Source of the DNA: Gemmatimonadales bacterium
Lineage (GTDB): Bacteria; Gemmatimonadota; Gemmatimonadetes; Gemmatimonadales; GWC2-71-9
DNA length: 57,872 nucleotides
NCBI GenBank assembly: GCA_036378855.1
Contig: DASUVR010000253.1
Span: 1 to 57,872, forward strand
Direction of reading: 5' to 3'
The notes under the pieces: model-generated
Seen by the model: only the letters and a program-made list of their open reading frames with translations
The model's database searches: none
Told to the model about the DNA's origin: nothing
Program-made: the position numbers and the translations under genes
Shown here: positions 50,176-57,872 of the stretch, piece after piece
Numbering within the stretch: position 1 is the stretch's first letter
Layout of the letters: each line of letters opens with the position of its first letter

Positions 50176-52962
50176 GTGCAGAGACACCTCGTCCGAATCA
50201 TGGCTTACGCCTTCGGCCTGGGCTGCTTCGCTGCTCCCCTTGCGGCGCAAGCCGGTACCATAAAGGGGACGGTGAAAGACAGCAGTGGAGCACCCCTTGC
50301 AAACGCCTCAATCACTGTCGAAGGCAGCGCGGTCAAGGCTACCAGCGGTAGTCAGGGGGACTACGAGCTGAGGGGGGTACCCACGGGACCGGAAACGGTG
50401 CGGGCCCGTCTCATCGGTTATACCTCCTCGTCCGCTTCAGTAACCGTAGTAGCCGGGCAGACGGTGCGCCAGGATTTCACTTTGGGACGAAATGCCATCG
50501 AGCTCGCTCCAATCGATGTCGTAGTGGGATCCCGAGCGCGGCACACCGCGGCCGAAGAGCTCGCGGTACCGGTGGATGTCTACACCTCTCAGGATATTCA
50601 AGAGCAGGGCACCACGGAAACGAGCCAGGTGATTGCCTCCCTTTCCCCCTCGATCAACTTCCCCCACCAGACGGTAACCGACGCGACCGATATCGTCCGT
50701 CCGTTTACGCTGCGGGGCCTCTCGCCCGATCATACGTTGGTGCTGGTGAACGGCTGGCGCCGGCATCAGACCGCGCTGCTCAACACCTTTCCCCTGGGCT
50801 CCCCGGCCGGCTCCAGCGGTGTGGACCTGAACGCCATCCCCTCGAGCTCCATCGAGAGAATCGAAGTGCTGCGGGATGGAGCGTCCTCGCAGTACGGCTC
50901 CGATGCCATCGCCGGTGTGGTGAATATCGTGATGAAGGAGGGACAGTTCACGCCTTTCATCAATACGTCTGCCGGCCGGTACTTCACCGGTAAAGGCTTC
51001 AACGATGACGGCACCACCGCGGACGTGAACGGCGGGGTGGGCTTCAAGCTGGGCCGGGGCTCGCTCGGGCTGTTCGGCCAGTTCATGAACCGTGAGCCTA
51101 CCAACCGAGCCTTTCCTGACGGTGGCCTTCAGGACCTGAGCGGCGTCACCGACTCGGTCGATGTGAACACCGGCGAGATCATCCAGAAGCGCAACGGTGT
51201 GCCTCAGCCGGTCAACCATCTGGGTGACGGGTTGGAGCGAGACCTGTTGTCGTTTGCCAATCTCCGCATGCCGCTGGGCCAAAGCGGCAAGAGCGAGTTT
51301 TACGCTTTCGGCGGGTTCAGCAACCGGGTGGGGACCGGGAACGGCTATTACCGCGCTCCGCTCAACAACCGGAACTGGCCCCAGATCTATCCCAACGGTT
51401 TTCTTCCCGAGTTTCGGCCCAATGTGAACGACTACTCGGCCGCGGGCGGATTCCGTTCCAATATTTCAGGCTGGTCGCTCGATGCGGGCGCTTCCTACGG
51501 GCGAAATACTTTCGATTACAACCTCAAAAACACCCTGAATCCCTCTCTCGGTCCTTGCCTGGAAACCGCCTGCGCTCCCGGGCTCGACGGGGTGCTCGGC
51601 ACAGCGGACGACCCCGGGATACCAAATCAGACGCAATTCGACGCGGGTAGTCTCAGACGCGGTGAATTTCTCGTTGGCGTCAACCTGGTGAAACCTCTCC
51701 GGCTGGGGCTGCCCAACCCGGTGAGCGTGGCGTTCGGTGGAGTGTTTCGGCACGAGAATTACGAGATTGTGGCCGGGGAGACCGCGTCCTGGATCAACGG
51801 CGGGCACCTCTCGCAGGACAGCGTGAACACGCCAGGAGACCTGGCACCCGCCGGCTCGTCGGTCTTTTCGGGATTCTCCCCGACGGACGCCAGCAACAAT
51901 TCGCGCGATAACGTCGGGGCGTACCTCGATCTGGAGTCCGATCTCACGAAGCAGGTCCTGCTCAATGTCGCCGGTCGGTATGAGCACTACAGCGACTTTG
52001 GCTCCCGAGTCACCGGTAAGACTGCGCTCCGCTTCCAGCCGAGCAAGGCCCTGGTGCTCCGCGCCGCGGCCAGTACGGGGTTCCGGGCGCCGAACCTGCC
52101 CCAGAGCTGGTTCAGCCACGTGACCACGAACTTCATCGCCGGCAGCCTGGTAGAGATCGGCAACTTCCCCGTAAGCAACCGGGCCTCCCAGATCTTCGGG
52201 GCCCAGCCGCTCAAGGAAGAGACGTCGGTCAACTTCAGTGGCGGTCTGGTATTCTCTCCCAGAGACAACTTCATTCTCACGCTGGACGTGTTTCACATCC
52301 AGATCAACGACCGGATTCTGCTCGGCGCCACCTATGACGCGGGCGATAGTGTGGTCGCCCGAATTCTGGCCGACTCCGGACTCACCACCATCGGAGGCGT
52401 GCAGTTTCCCACCAACGCGGTGGATACCCGAACCAGAGGAGTGGACCTCACGGCGGATCTGAGACTGCCCGCGGGGAACGGCACCCTCGACCTCAACGCC
52501 GCGGTCAACTACACCAAGAACGAGCTCACGCACGTCCAGGGTCTGCCCCCCATTCTGGAAGGGACGGGCACATCGTTTACCGGCTCACTGGATCTGATCA
52601 CCACCCTGGCCATCACCGAGGAACGTCCCGATTGGCGTGCGACGTTCACTCCCACCTGGTCGCAGGGCCGCTTCCATGCGTTGGGCCGGGTGTTGTACTA
52701 TGGCTCCGGACGCTCAGCTGAGTTCGGTGGAGTGAACGCGGATACCTTCGATCCCCGGACGCTCTTTGATGCAGAGGTGGGCTACCGGTTCGACCAGGTA
52801 AACATCTCCGTCGGGGCCAGGAACCTGTTCGACACGTACCCGTCGAAGATGGCCGATCTGGACAACAACAATGGGTACACGTTCCCCTGGGCGGTGGCTT
52901 CGCCCTTCGGCTACAACGGCCGTTACGTGTACGCCAGGACTGAGATCCTGCTTGCCCGATAA
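50176..52962 (+). CDS. TonB-dependent receptor with N-terminal CarboxypepD_reg-like domain
   Basis: GGAGG SD plus GTG. Signal peptide. GTIKGTVKDSSGAPLANASITVEG...YELRGVPTGPETVRARLIGY. Plug (IERIEVLRDGASSQYGSDAIAGVVNIV). Long beta-barrel. Confidence 0.9.
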   Translation: MQRHLVRIMAYAFGLGCFAAPLAAQAGTIKGTVKDSSGAPLANASITVEGSAVKATSGSQGDYELRGVPTGPETVRARLIGYTSSSASVTVVAGQTVRQDFTLGRNAIELAPIDVVVGSRARHTAAEELAVPVDVYTSQDIQEQGTTETSQVIASLSPSINFPHQTVTDATDIVRPFTLRGLSPDHTLVLVNGWRRHQTALLNTFPLGSPAGSSGVDLNAIPSSSIERIEVLRDGASSQYGSDAIAGVVNIVMKEGQFTPFINTSAGRYFTGKGFNDDGTTADVNGGVGFKLGRGSLGLFGQFMNREPTNRAFPDGGLQDLSGVTDSVDVNTGEIIQKRNGVPQPVNHLGDGLERDLLSFANLRMPLGQSGKSEFYAFGGFSNRVGTGNGYYRAPLNNRNWPQIYPNGFLPEFRPNVNDYSAAGGFRSNISGWSLDAGASYGRNTFDYNLKNTLNPSLGPCLETACAPGLDGVLGTADDPGIPNQTQFDAGSLRRGEFLVGVNLVKPLRLGLPNPVSVAFGGVFRHENYEIVAGETASWINGGHLSQDSVNTPGDLAPAGSSVFSGFSPTDASNNSRDNVGAYLDLESDLTKQVLLNVAGRYEHYSDFGSRVTGKTALRFQPSKALVLRAAASTGFRAPNLPQSWFSHVTTNFIAGSLVEIGNFPVSNRASQIFGAQPLKEETSVNFSGGLVFSPRDNFILTLDVFHIQINDRILLGATYDAGDSVVARILADSGLTTIGGVQFPTNAVDTRTRGVDLTADLRLPAGNGTLDLNAAVNYTKNELTHVQGLPPILEGTGTSFTGSLDLITTLAITEERPDWRATFTPTWSQGRFHALGRVLYYGSGRSAEFGGVNADTFDPRTLFDAEVGYRFDQVNISVGARNLFDTYPSKMADLDNNNGYTFPWAVASPFGYNGRYVYARTEILLAR

Positions 52963-52977
52963 CTCGACCGGCTGGTC

Positions 52978-54600
52978 ATGACGCAAATCTTCGACCTTAT
53001 CGTGATCGGCGGTGGCCACAACGGACTGGTCACCGCCGCCTACGTCGCCGGTACCGGCGCCGACGTTCTGGTGCTGGAGCGGCGAGAGGTCCTGGGGGGT
53101 GCCTGCGTGACCGAGGAGCTGTGGCCCGGTTTCAAGGTGTCCACCGCAGCGTATGTGAACAGCCTGCTTCGGCCCGAGATCATCCGTGACCTCGAGCTGA
53201 AGCGGCACGGCTTCAAGATGCTTCCCCGCAATCCTTCGTCGTTCACCCCGTTTCCGGATGGCCGTTCACTGCTGCTGGGTCCGAACAAGGCGCAGACTCA
53301 CGGCGAAGTCGCCAAGTTCTCGACGAAAGATGCCGACGCACTGCCCAAGTATGAGGCCATGCTGGAGCGGGTGGCTGCGTTTATCGAGCCCACACTGACG
53401 CAAACCCCGCCGAACCCCTGGTCTTTCCGGCCCGGCAATTTGGCCAAGCTGGCCAAGCTGGGGATGAGTTTCGCCCGTCTGGGCAGGGATGGCCAGAAAG
53501 CCATCGAGATCCTGACCGGAGCGGCCACTCCCATTCTCGATCGCTGGTTCGAGTCCGAACAGTTGAAGGTCACCTTGGCAACTGACGCCATCATCGGTGC
53601 CATGGCTTCGCCTTCGATGCCGGGAACCGCATACGTCTTGTTCCATCATGTGATGGGAGAGTGCGACGGCATCAGGGGCGTTTGGGGCTACGTGCGGGGT
53701 GGCATGGGAGGCATCAGCAACGCCATCGCCTCAGTTGCCCGGGAGCGGGGGGCGCAGATCAAGACCAATTCAGAAGTCAGTCGCATCCTGGTGAAACGGG
53801 GCGAGGCTGTCGGGGTAGTCCTCAAGGACGGGACCGAGTTTCGCGCACGGCGCGTTGCCTCGGGCGCCGACGCTCACGTCACCTTCCTCAAACTCCTCGA
53901 CCCTCAAGAGCTACCGGACGAGTTCGTCCAGGACGTCCGCAACATCGATTACAGCAGCGCAAGCCTGAAGATCAACATCTCGCTGAGCGAGTTGCCCGAC
54001 TTCAAGGCGATACCGGGCACTGATCCGGGACCGCAGCACCGGGGGACCATTCATATCTCCCCTACCATGCAATACATCGAGCGGGCATACGACAACGCCA
54101 AGTATGGCTGCCCCTCGGAGTATCCTATCATCGAAGCCACCATCCCATCGGTGCTCGACGACACCCTGACTCCCCCAGGCAAACACGTGATGTCGATGTT
54201 CACTCAGTACTTTCCGTACAAGCTGGCGCCCGGGCTTACGCTGCAGGAGGAAAAGGAGAAGTACGCCGAGCGGTGCTTTGATCTGATGAACGAATACGCA
54301 CCCAACTTCCGCCGCTCGGTATTGGGCCGGCAGGTCCTCACGCCGGTGGATCTCGAGCGCCGCTTCGGGCTCACCGGGGGCAACATCATGCAAGGCACGA
54401 TGTCGCTCAGCAGTCTCTCGTTTATGAGGCCGGTGCCGGGGTACGCCGACTACCGGACGCCTATTCGCGGGCTGTATCTGTGTGGCGCTGCCACCCACCC
54501 CGGTGGCGGGGTCATGGGCGCGTGCGGGTACAACGCAGCGCGGGAGATCATGCGAGACATGCGTGTCCGTCCGGTGAAGACGCCCACCGCACCGACGTAA
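52978..54600 (+). CDS. phytoene-desaturase-family (CrtI-like, COG1233) NAD(P)/FAD-dependent oxidoreductase
   Basis: FDLIVIGGGHNGLVTAAYVAGTGADVLVLERREVLGGA (dinucleotide fold) and C-terminal GLYLCGAATHPGGGVMG. It lies 15 nt after the receptor gene. Confidence 0.85.
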   Translation: MTQIFDLIVIGGGHNGLVTAAYVAGTGADVLVLERREVLGGACVTEELWPGFKVSTAAYVNSLLRPEIIRDLELKRHGFKMLPRNPSSFTPFPDGRSLLLGPNKAQTHGEVAKFSTKDADALPKYEAMLERVAAFIEPTLTQTPPNPWSFRPGNLAKLAKLGMSFARLGRDGQKAIEILTGAATPILDRWFESEQLKVTLATDAIIGAMASPSMPGTAYVLFHHVMGECDGIRGVWGYVRGGMGGISNAIASVARERGAQIKTNSEVSRILVKRGEAVGVVLKDGTEFRARRVASGADAHVTFLKLLDPQELPDEFVQDVRNIDYSSASLKINISLSELPDFKAIPGTDPGPQHRGTIHISPTMQYIERAYDNAKYGCPSEYPIIEATIPSVLDDTLTPPGKHVMSMFTQYFPYKLAPGLTLQEEKEKYAERCFDLMNEYAPNFRRSVLGRQVLTPVDLERRFGLTGGNIMQGTMSLSSLSFMRPVPGYADYRTPIRGLYLCGAATHPGGGVMGACGYNAAREIMRDMRVRPVKTPTAPT

Positions 54601-54612
54601 CGCGGTCTGAGC

Positions 54613-55758
54613 TCAGTCCGATTCCAGTTGGGTTCCCGCCGAGCCGAGCGACTTCAACACCTCACGGTCGAACTGCACCGACAGGCTTTCCCGTTTCGAG
54701 TATGGCCCCGGACTATAGGCCCGGGACTGCACGCCAAGCTGGCTCTGCTCGCAAATATGCCAGTCCTGCCGGTTAGTCATGTCCCAAAACTGGATTCCAT
54801 CCTCGGGATTGTGCTCGGGGTTGTTCAACGTGTCCGGATGGAAAAGCCAGGAGCAGGAGATCCGGGTCCGATCTGGCGCCTCAGGCCAGAGCGTGTGAAA
54901 CATGACATAGTCGGGATGCAGGCTCAGTAACATGTTGGGGAAGATGGCGTAGTAGTACACCCGGTTGAGGTCTTCCTCGGGCAGATCTCCCACCATGAGC
55001 CCGCAGGAGCGGCCGCTCATCGTCAGACTCTGATGACCCTCATTGATCACCATGAACCCGCCGGTAAAAGGTCCCTCGATCAGGTCGTTCTCCCCGCTGG
55101 TAGGCGGTGTCAGCTTGGCCAGCGGCGGATGTACCGGTCCGCAGTGGTAACACTCGGAATAATTCTGGAACAGGAGCTTCCAATTGGCTCGGACGTCGTA
55201 CTCGATGGTCCTGGCCACCGCGAGATTGGGCAGGTTGAACCGGCTGAAGCGTCCGATCAGCGGCTGATACGCTTCACTGAACGCCTCAGGATCTTCCGCC
55301 AGGTTGACGAAGAGGAACCCTTCCCAGGATTCAATCCACACCGAGTGGAGCGGGTAATCGGACTTGCTGAAGCCCTCGATGTCTCCGGACGAAGGCGCAC
55401 CGATGAGACGCCCGTCGAGCGAGTAGGTCCAGGCATGATAGGGACATTGTATCGTTTCGGAAAACCGCCCGGTGTGCTCCTCACACAGCCTGGTCCCCCG
55501 GTGGCGACAGACGTTGTAGTAGGCTCGGAGAACGCCCCCCTTGTCGCGCAGTACAATGATGCTTTCCGGCCCGATCTGCTGCAAAAAATACTGGCCCGGC
55601 TGCCGGATCTGGTCCTCCCGGCCGACGCAAAGCCAGCGTCGCATAAAGATCTGCTCGAACTCCGCTGCAAGCACCTCGGGCGCAACGTAGTAGCGGCGGG
55701 GGAGAGTTCTGGCGCCGCCAATAGCGATCTGGGTCGTTTTGAGAAATTGGGTCACCAT
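54613..55758 (-). CDS. aromatic-ring-hydroxylating oxygenase alpha subunit (Rieske 2Fe-2S, choline-monooxygenase-like C-domain)
   Basis: Rieske motif CRHRGTRL...CPYHAWTY. The catalytic domain has NYSECYHCGPVHP. Confidence 0.88.
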   Translation of the reverse strand: MVTQFLKTTQIAIGGARTLPRRYYVAPEVLAAEFEQIFMRRWLCVGREDQIRQPGQYFLQQIGPESIIVLRDKGGVLRAYYNVCRHRGTRLCEEHTGRFSETIQCPYHAWTYSLDGRLIGAPSSGDIEGFSKSDYPLHSVWIESWEGFLFVNLAEDPEAFSEAYQPLIGRFSRFNLPNLAVARTIEYDVRANWKLLFQNYSECYHCGPVHPPLAKLTPPTSGENDLIEGPFTGGFMVINEGHQSLTMSGRSCGLMVGDLPEEDLNRVYYYAIFPNMLLSLHPDYVMFHTLWPEAPDRTRISCSWLFHPDTLNNPEHNPEDGIQFWDMTNRQDWHICEQSQLGVQSRAYSPGPYSKRESLSVQFDREVLKSLGSAGTQLESD

Positions 55759-55931
55759 ATCCTCTGTAGCATCCGTATGGCTGAAGTATGGCCGAGGGCT
55801 CCAGGCGGCGGAAGACGGTATTGATGCGGATTACCGGTGGATGGTGACGCAGGCAGTGGTCGACCCTACCGCGGCGCGGTACTCTAGAGCACCTTGACCG
55901 ACATGGCTATCCCACGGGTGACGGAGGCAAC

Positions 55932-56336
55932 ATGATGGCGATCAAATCGATAGTACCGATGCGCTGGCTGGCCGCGCTCGCAGTAGCTCTGCCGGCCACC
56001 GGTTGTCTCGCGGCCGCTGCCGCCGGAGCCGGTGCCGGGATCTACCTCACTTCCCGAGGAGCGGAGTCGCTCATTGACGGGCCTATCGACCAGGTCGCCA
56101 CCCGGGCGCGCACCGTCATGAACGAGGAAGGCATTGTTCCGGACGCTTCGAGCACCGAGAATGGCGGGCAGAACCGTGAGTTCAAGGGCAAGAAGGGCGA
56201 TCTGGACGTGACCATCCAGATGGAGCAGAAGAGCGACAAGACCACCAGGGTCGAGGTCACCGCCCGCAAGAACCTGGCGGAGTGGGACAAGGACTACGCC
56301 CAGCAGGTGCTGCAGCGCATCGTGCAAAAAACGTGA
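55932..56336 (+). CDS. DUF3568 family lipoprotein
   Basis: GGAGG SD. MMAIKSIVPMRWLAALAVALPATGC (lipobox). ...GAGIYLTSRGAESLIDGPIDQV...VTIQMEQKSDKTTRVEVTARKN matches my memory of DUF3568 proteins. Confidence 0.7.
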   Translation: MMAIKSIVPMRWLAALAVALPATGCLAAAAAGAGAGIYLTSRGAESLIDGPIDQVATRARTVMNEEGIVPDASSTENGGQNREFKGKKGDLDVTIQMEQKSDKTTRVEVTARKNLAEWDKDYAQQVLQRIVQKT

Positions 56337-56357
56337 CGAGCTCGCAGAGCTGAGAGG

Positions 56358-57656
56358 CTAGGCCGGAGTCACTACTCCCCGGCACTCGCCCAGGCCAATC
56401 CGGACCGCACCGGCCCGTTCGCAGTAGGCCCGCAAGATCACCTCGTCTCCATCCTCGAGGAACTTGCGGGTCTCTCCATTTGGGAGGGTCAGCGGCTCTG
56501 CTCCTCGCCAGGTCAGCTCCAGGAGACAACCCCGGGATTCTCGGGAGGGGCCGGAGATGGTTCCGCTGGCGAAGAGATCGCCGGGACGGAGATTGCAGCC
56601 ATTGCTGGTATGATGAGTACACATCTGCGCCATGGTCCAGTAGAGATCGGCCAAACGGCTTTGACTCAACCGGACCGGCTCCAACCCAGCCTTCCGCATA
56701 CCGGCCGAGCCGAGGTAAACCTCAACGACGGCATCGATCCCACCAGCAGCACGATCGCGCTCGGAGTCGAGGTGTGGGAGCGGGCGGGGGTCACCCGAGG
56801 GTCGCGGAAAAGCCGCTGTTCGGTACGGCTGTAACGCCTCGAAGGTGACCACCCAGGGTGAGATGGTAGTAGCAAAGCTCTTTGCCAGAAACGGTCCCAA
56901 CGGTTGGTATTCCCAGGTTTGAATGTCCCGGGCAGACCAGTCGTTCACCAGGCAGAGCCCAAAGAGATGGTCCTCAGCCTGGTCGAGCCGAACCGGCTCT
57001 CCCAGCGGATTACCTGCGCCCACAAAGCACCCAATTTCCGACTCGTAGTCCAGTGCCCGGCTGGGCGCGTACACCGGAACGTCTGCTTCGGGATTCTTGA
57101 TCTGGCCCCGGGGCCGGCGGATCGGGGTTCCACTGGGGACGATCGAGGAGGCGCGTCCATGATACCCGATCGGGATCCACTTGTAGTTCGGCAGCAGCGG
57201 GTTGTCCGGCCGGAACATGCTCCCCACGTTGGTTGCGTGGTGCACGGAGGCGTAGAAGTCGGTGTAGTCCCCGATGTCGGCGGGAACGAGGAGCTGCGCG
57301 GCGTCCATCGGCAGGAGGAGATCGTCCCGCTGCGGGCTCCCGCTCCGGAGGAGCCGGCTCACCGCGCGCCGCAGCGCGCGCCAGTGCTCGCGGCCCAGTG
57401 CCATCAGCGGGTTGAGGGCCGGCGCGTCGCAGGCTTCCGCTGCCCGCGCCGCCGCGCCGCCAAGGAGTTCCGCCCGGCGAGCCGCCGTCACGTCCAGGAT
57501 CTGGTCGCCGATGGCGACGCCCACCCGCGGCACCTCGTCGCGGTCGGGGTGGCGAAAGACGCCGAACGGGAGGTTCTGGATCGGGAAATCCGTGTCCGGC
57601 CGTTCGGCCGCGGCCACCCAGCTCGTGAGCGCAGGGTCGTGCGTTTCGTCGGTCAT
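56358..57656 (-). CDS. fahA: fumarylacetoacetase
   Basis: The ATG at 57656 gives MTDETHDPALTSWVAAAERPDTDFPIQNLPFGVFRH (characteristic FAH N-terminus). Later: YTDFYASVHHATNVG, IGYHGRASS, DYESEIG, GLCLVNDWSARDIQ.WEYQPLGPF, GDLFASGTISG. Confidence 0.92.
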   Translation of the reverse strand: MTDETHDPALTSWVAAAERPDTDFPIQNLPFGVFRHPDRDEVPRVGVAIGDQILDVTAARRAELLGGAAARAAEACDAPALNPLMALGREHWRALRRAVSRLLRSGSPQRDDLLLPMDAAQLLVPADIGDYTDFYASVHHATNVGSMFRPDNPLLPNYKWIPIGYHGRASSIVPSGTPIRRPRGQIKNPEADVPVYAPSRALDYESEIGCFVGAGNPLGEPVRLDQAEDHLFGLCLVNDWSARDIQTWEYQPLGPFLAKSFATTISPWVVTFEALQPYRTAAFPRPSGDPRPLPHLDSERDRAAGGIDAVVEVYLGSAGMRKAGLEPVRLSQSRLADLYWTMAQMCTHHTSNGCNLRPGDLFASGTISGPSRESRGCLLELTWRGAEPLTLPNGETRKFLEDGDEVILRAYCERAGAVRIGLGECRGVVTPA

Positions 57657-57673
57657 CGCGTGGGGTCGGGGCG

Positions 57674-57872
57674 TCAGAGTATGTGGAGGCTGCGGAGGTC
57701 GTCCACCGGCTCGCTGAAGGAGCACGAGCCGAAGGCGATGGCGCCGCGGGAGCGGAGGTGGCGCAGGTCGTCGAGGTCGAGACGGTGCCCGCGCCAGGAC
57801 ACGCCGGCATCATCGAATGCGAACGCGTCCGGCTTCCGCTCGCCGAGGACCGACTCCAGCTCCCCCAGGGCC
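57674..57872 (-). CDS. hypothetical protein (C-terminal 65 codons only; N-terminus beyond the right edge)
   Basis: The reverse-strand frame from 57871 reads ALGELESVLGERKPDAFAFDDAGVSWRGHRLDLDDLRHLRSRGAIAFGSCSFSEPVDDLRSLHIL*, with a strongly GC3-biased codon pattern. TGA at 57674-57676, 17 nt upstream of the fahA ATG. Product not identifiable. Confidence 0.4.
   Translation of the reverse strand, partial: ALGELESVLGERKPDAFAFDDAGVSWRGHRLDLDDLRHLRSRGAIAFGSCSFSEPVDDLRSLHIL

Noticed and set aside
1-57872. Mobile-element or genomic-island signatures (transposase, integrase, tRNA-flanked boundaries, long terminal repeats, sharp GC shifts).
   Set aside because: None were seen. The only lower-GC patches are short intergenic promoter-like regions (about 35040-35250 and 40720-40900). 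The window looks like core or stably integrated chromosome.

Overview
High-GC (about 62-65%) chromosomal segment, densely coding on both strands, with no rRNA, tRNA, CRISPR array, transposase or integrase that I could find. The gene content suggests a Gemmatimonadota-like Gram-negative soil bacterium: SusC/SusD-type and CarboxypepD_reg-type TonB-dependent receptors, many lipoproteins, and Ku/LigD. This taxon call is inference only. I call about 55 protein genes. Left to right they are: (1) a translationally coupled stress triad (DUF3618, holin-X family protein, TM-anchored G/Y-rich protein) plus a small stress-type protein; (2) an expanded NHEJ neighbourhood, with ku, a MerR-TPR regulator and DUF72 on the minus strand, divergent from ligD, an alpha/beta hydrolase, a UvrD-family helicase carrying an internally inserted DEDDh exonuclease, and an NlpC/P60 peptidase; (3) a CMD/SDR/ABM redox trio and rpsU; (4) a UdgX-type uracil-DNA glycosylase followed by a solitary dynamin-like GTPase; (5) an RpoD-family sigma factor and an AlaX-L editing protein; (6) an overlapping pair of Ddl-like ATP-grasp ligase and four-zinc-ribbon HExxH peptidase, divergent from PBP4; (7) a BON, EEP-phosphatase, cardiolipin synthase operon; (8) efp, nitroreductase, a second DUF72, a methyltransferase, a ferritin-like protein, nfo, an SLT transglycosylase and YtxH; (9) a CpsB-type PHP phosphatase, an aminotransferase and an SDR; (10) an apparent peptide-utilisation locus (amidohydrolase, S9 peptidase, two tandem paralogous lipoproteins of unknown function, convergent SusD/SusC); (11) a TonB-dependent receptor, CrtI-like FAD oxidoreductase and Rieske oxygenase; (12) DUF3568 and fumarylacetoacetase. 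The best candidates for something undescribed are the NHEJ-linked helicase::exonuclease chimera with its operon partners, the ATP-grasp/zinc-ribbon-peptidase module, and the tandem unknown lipoprotein pair in the peptidase/SusCD locus. All functional calls rest on motifs read by eye from the translations. No database search was run.
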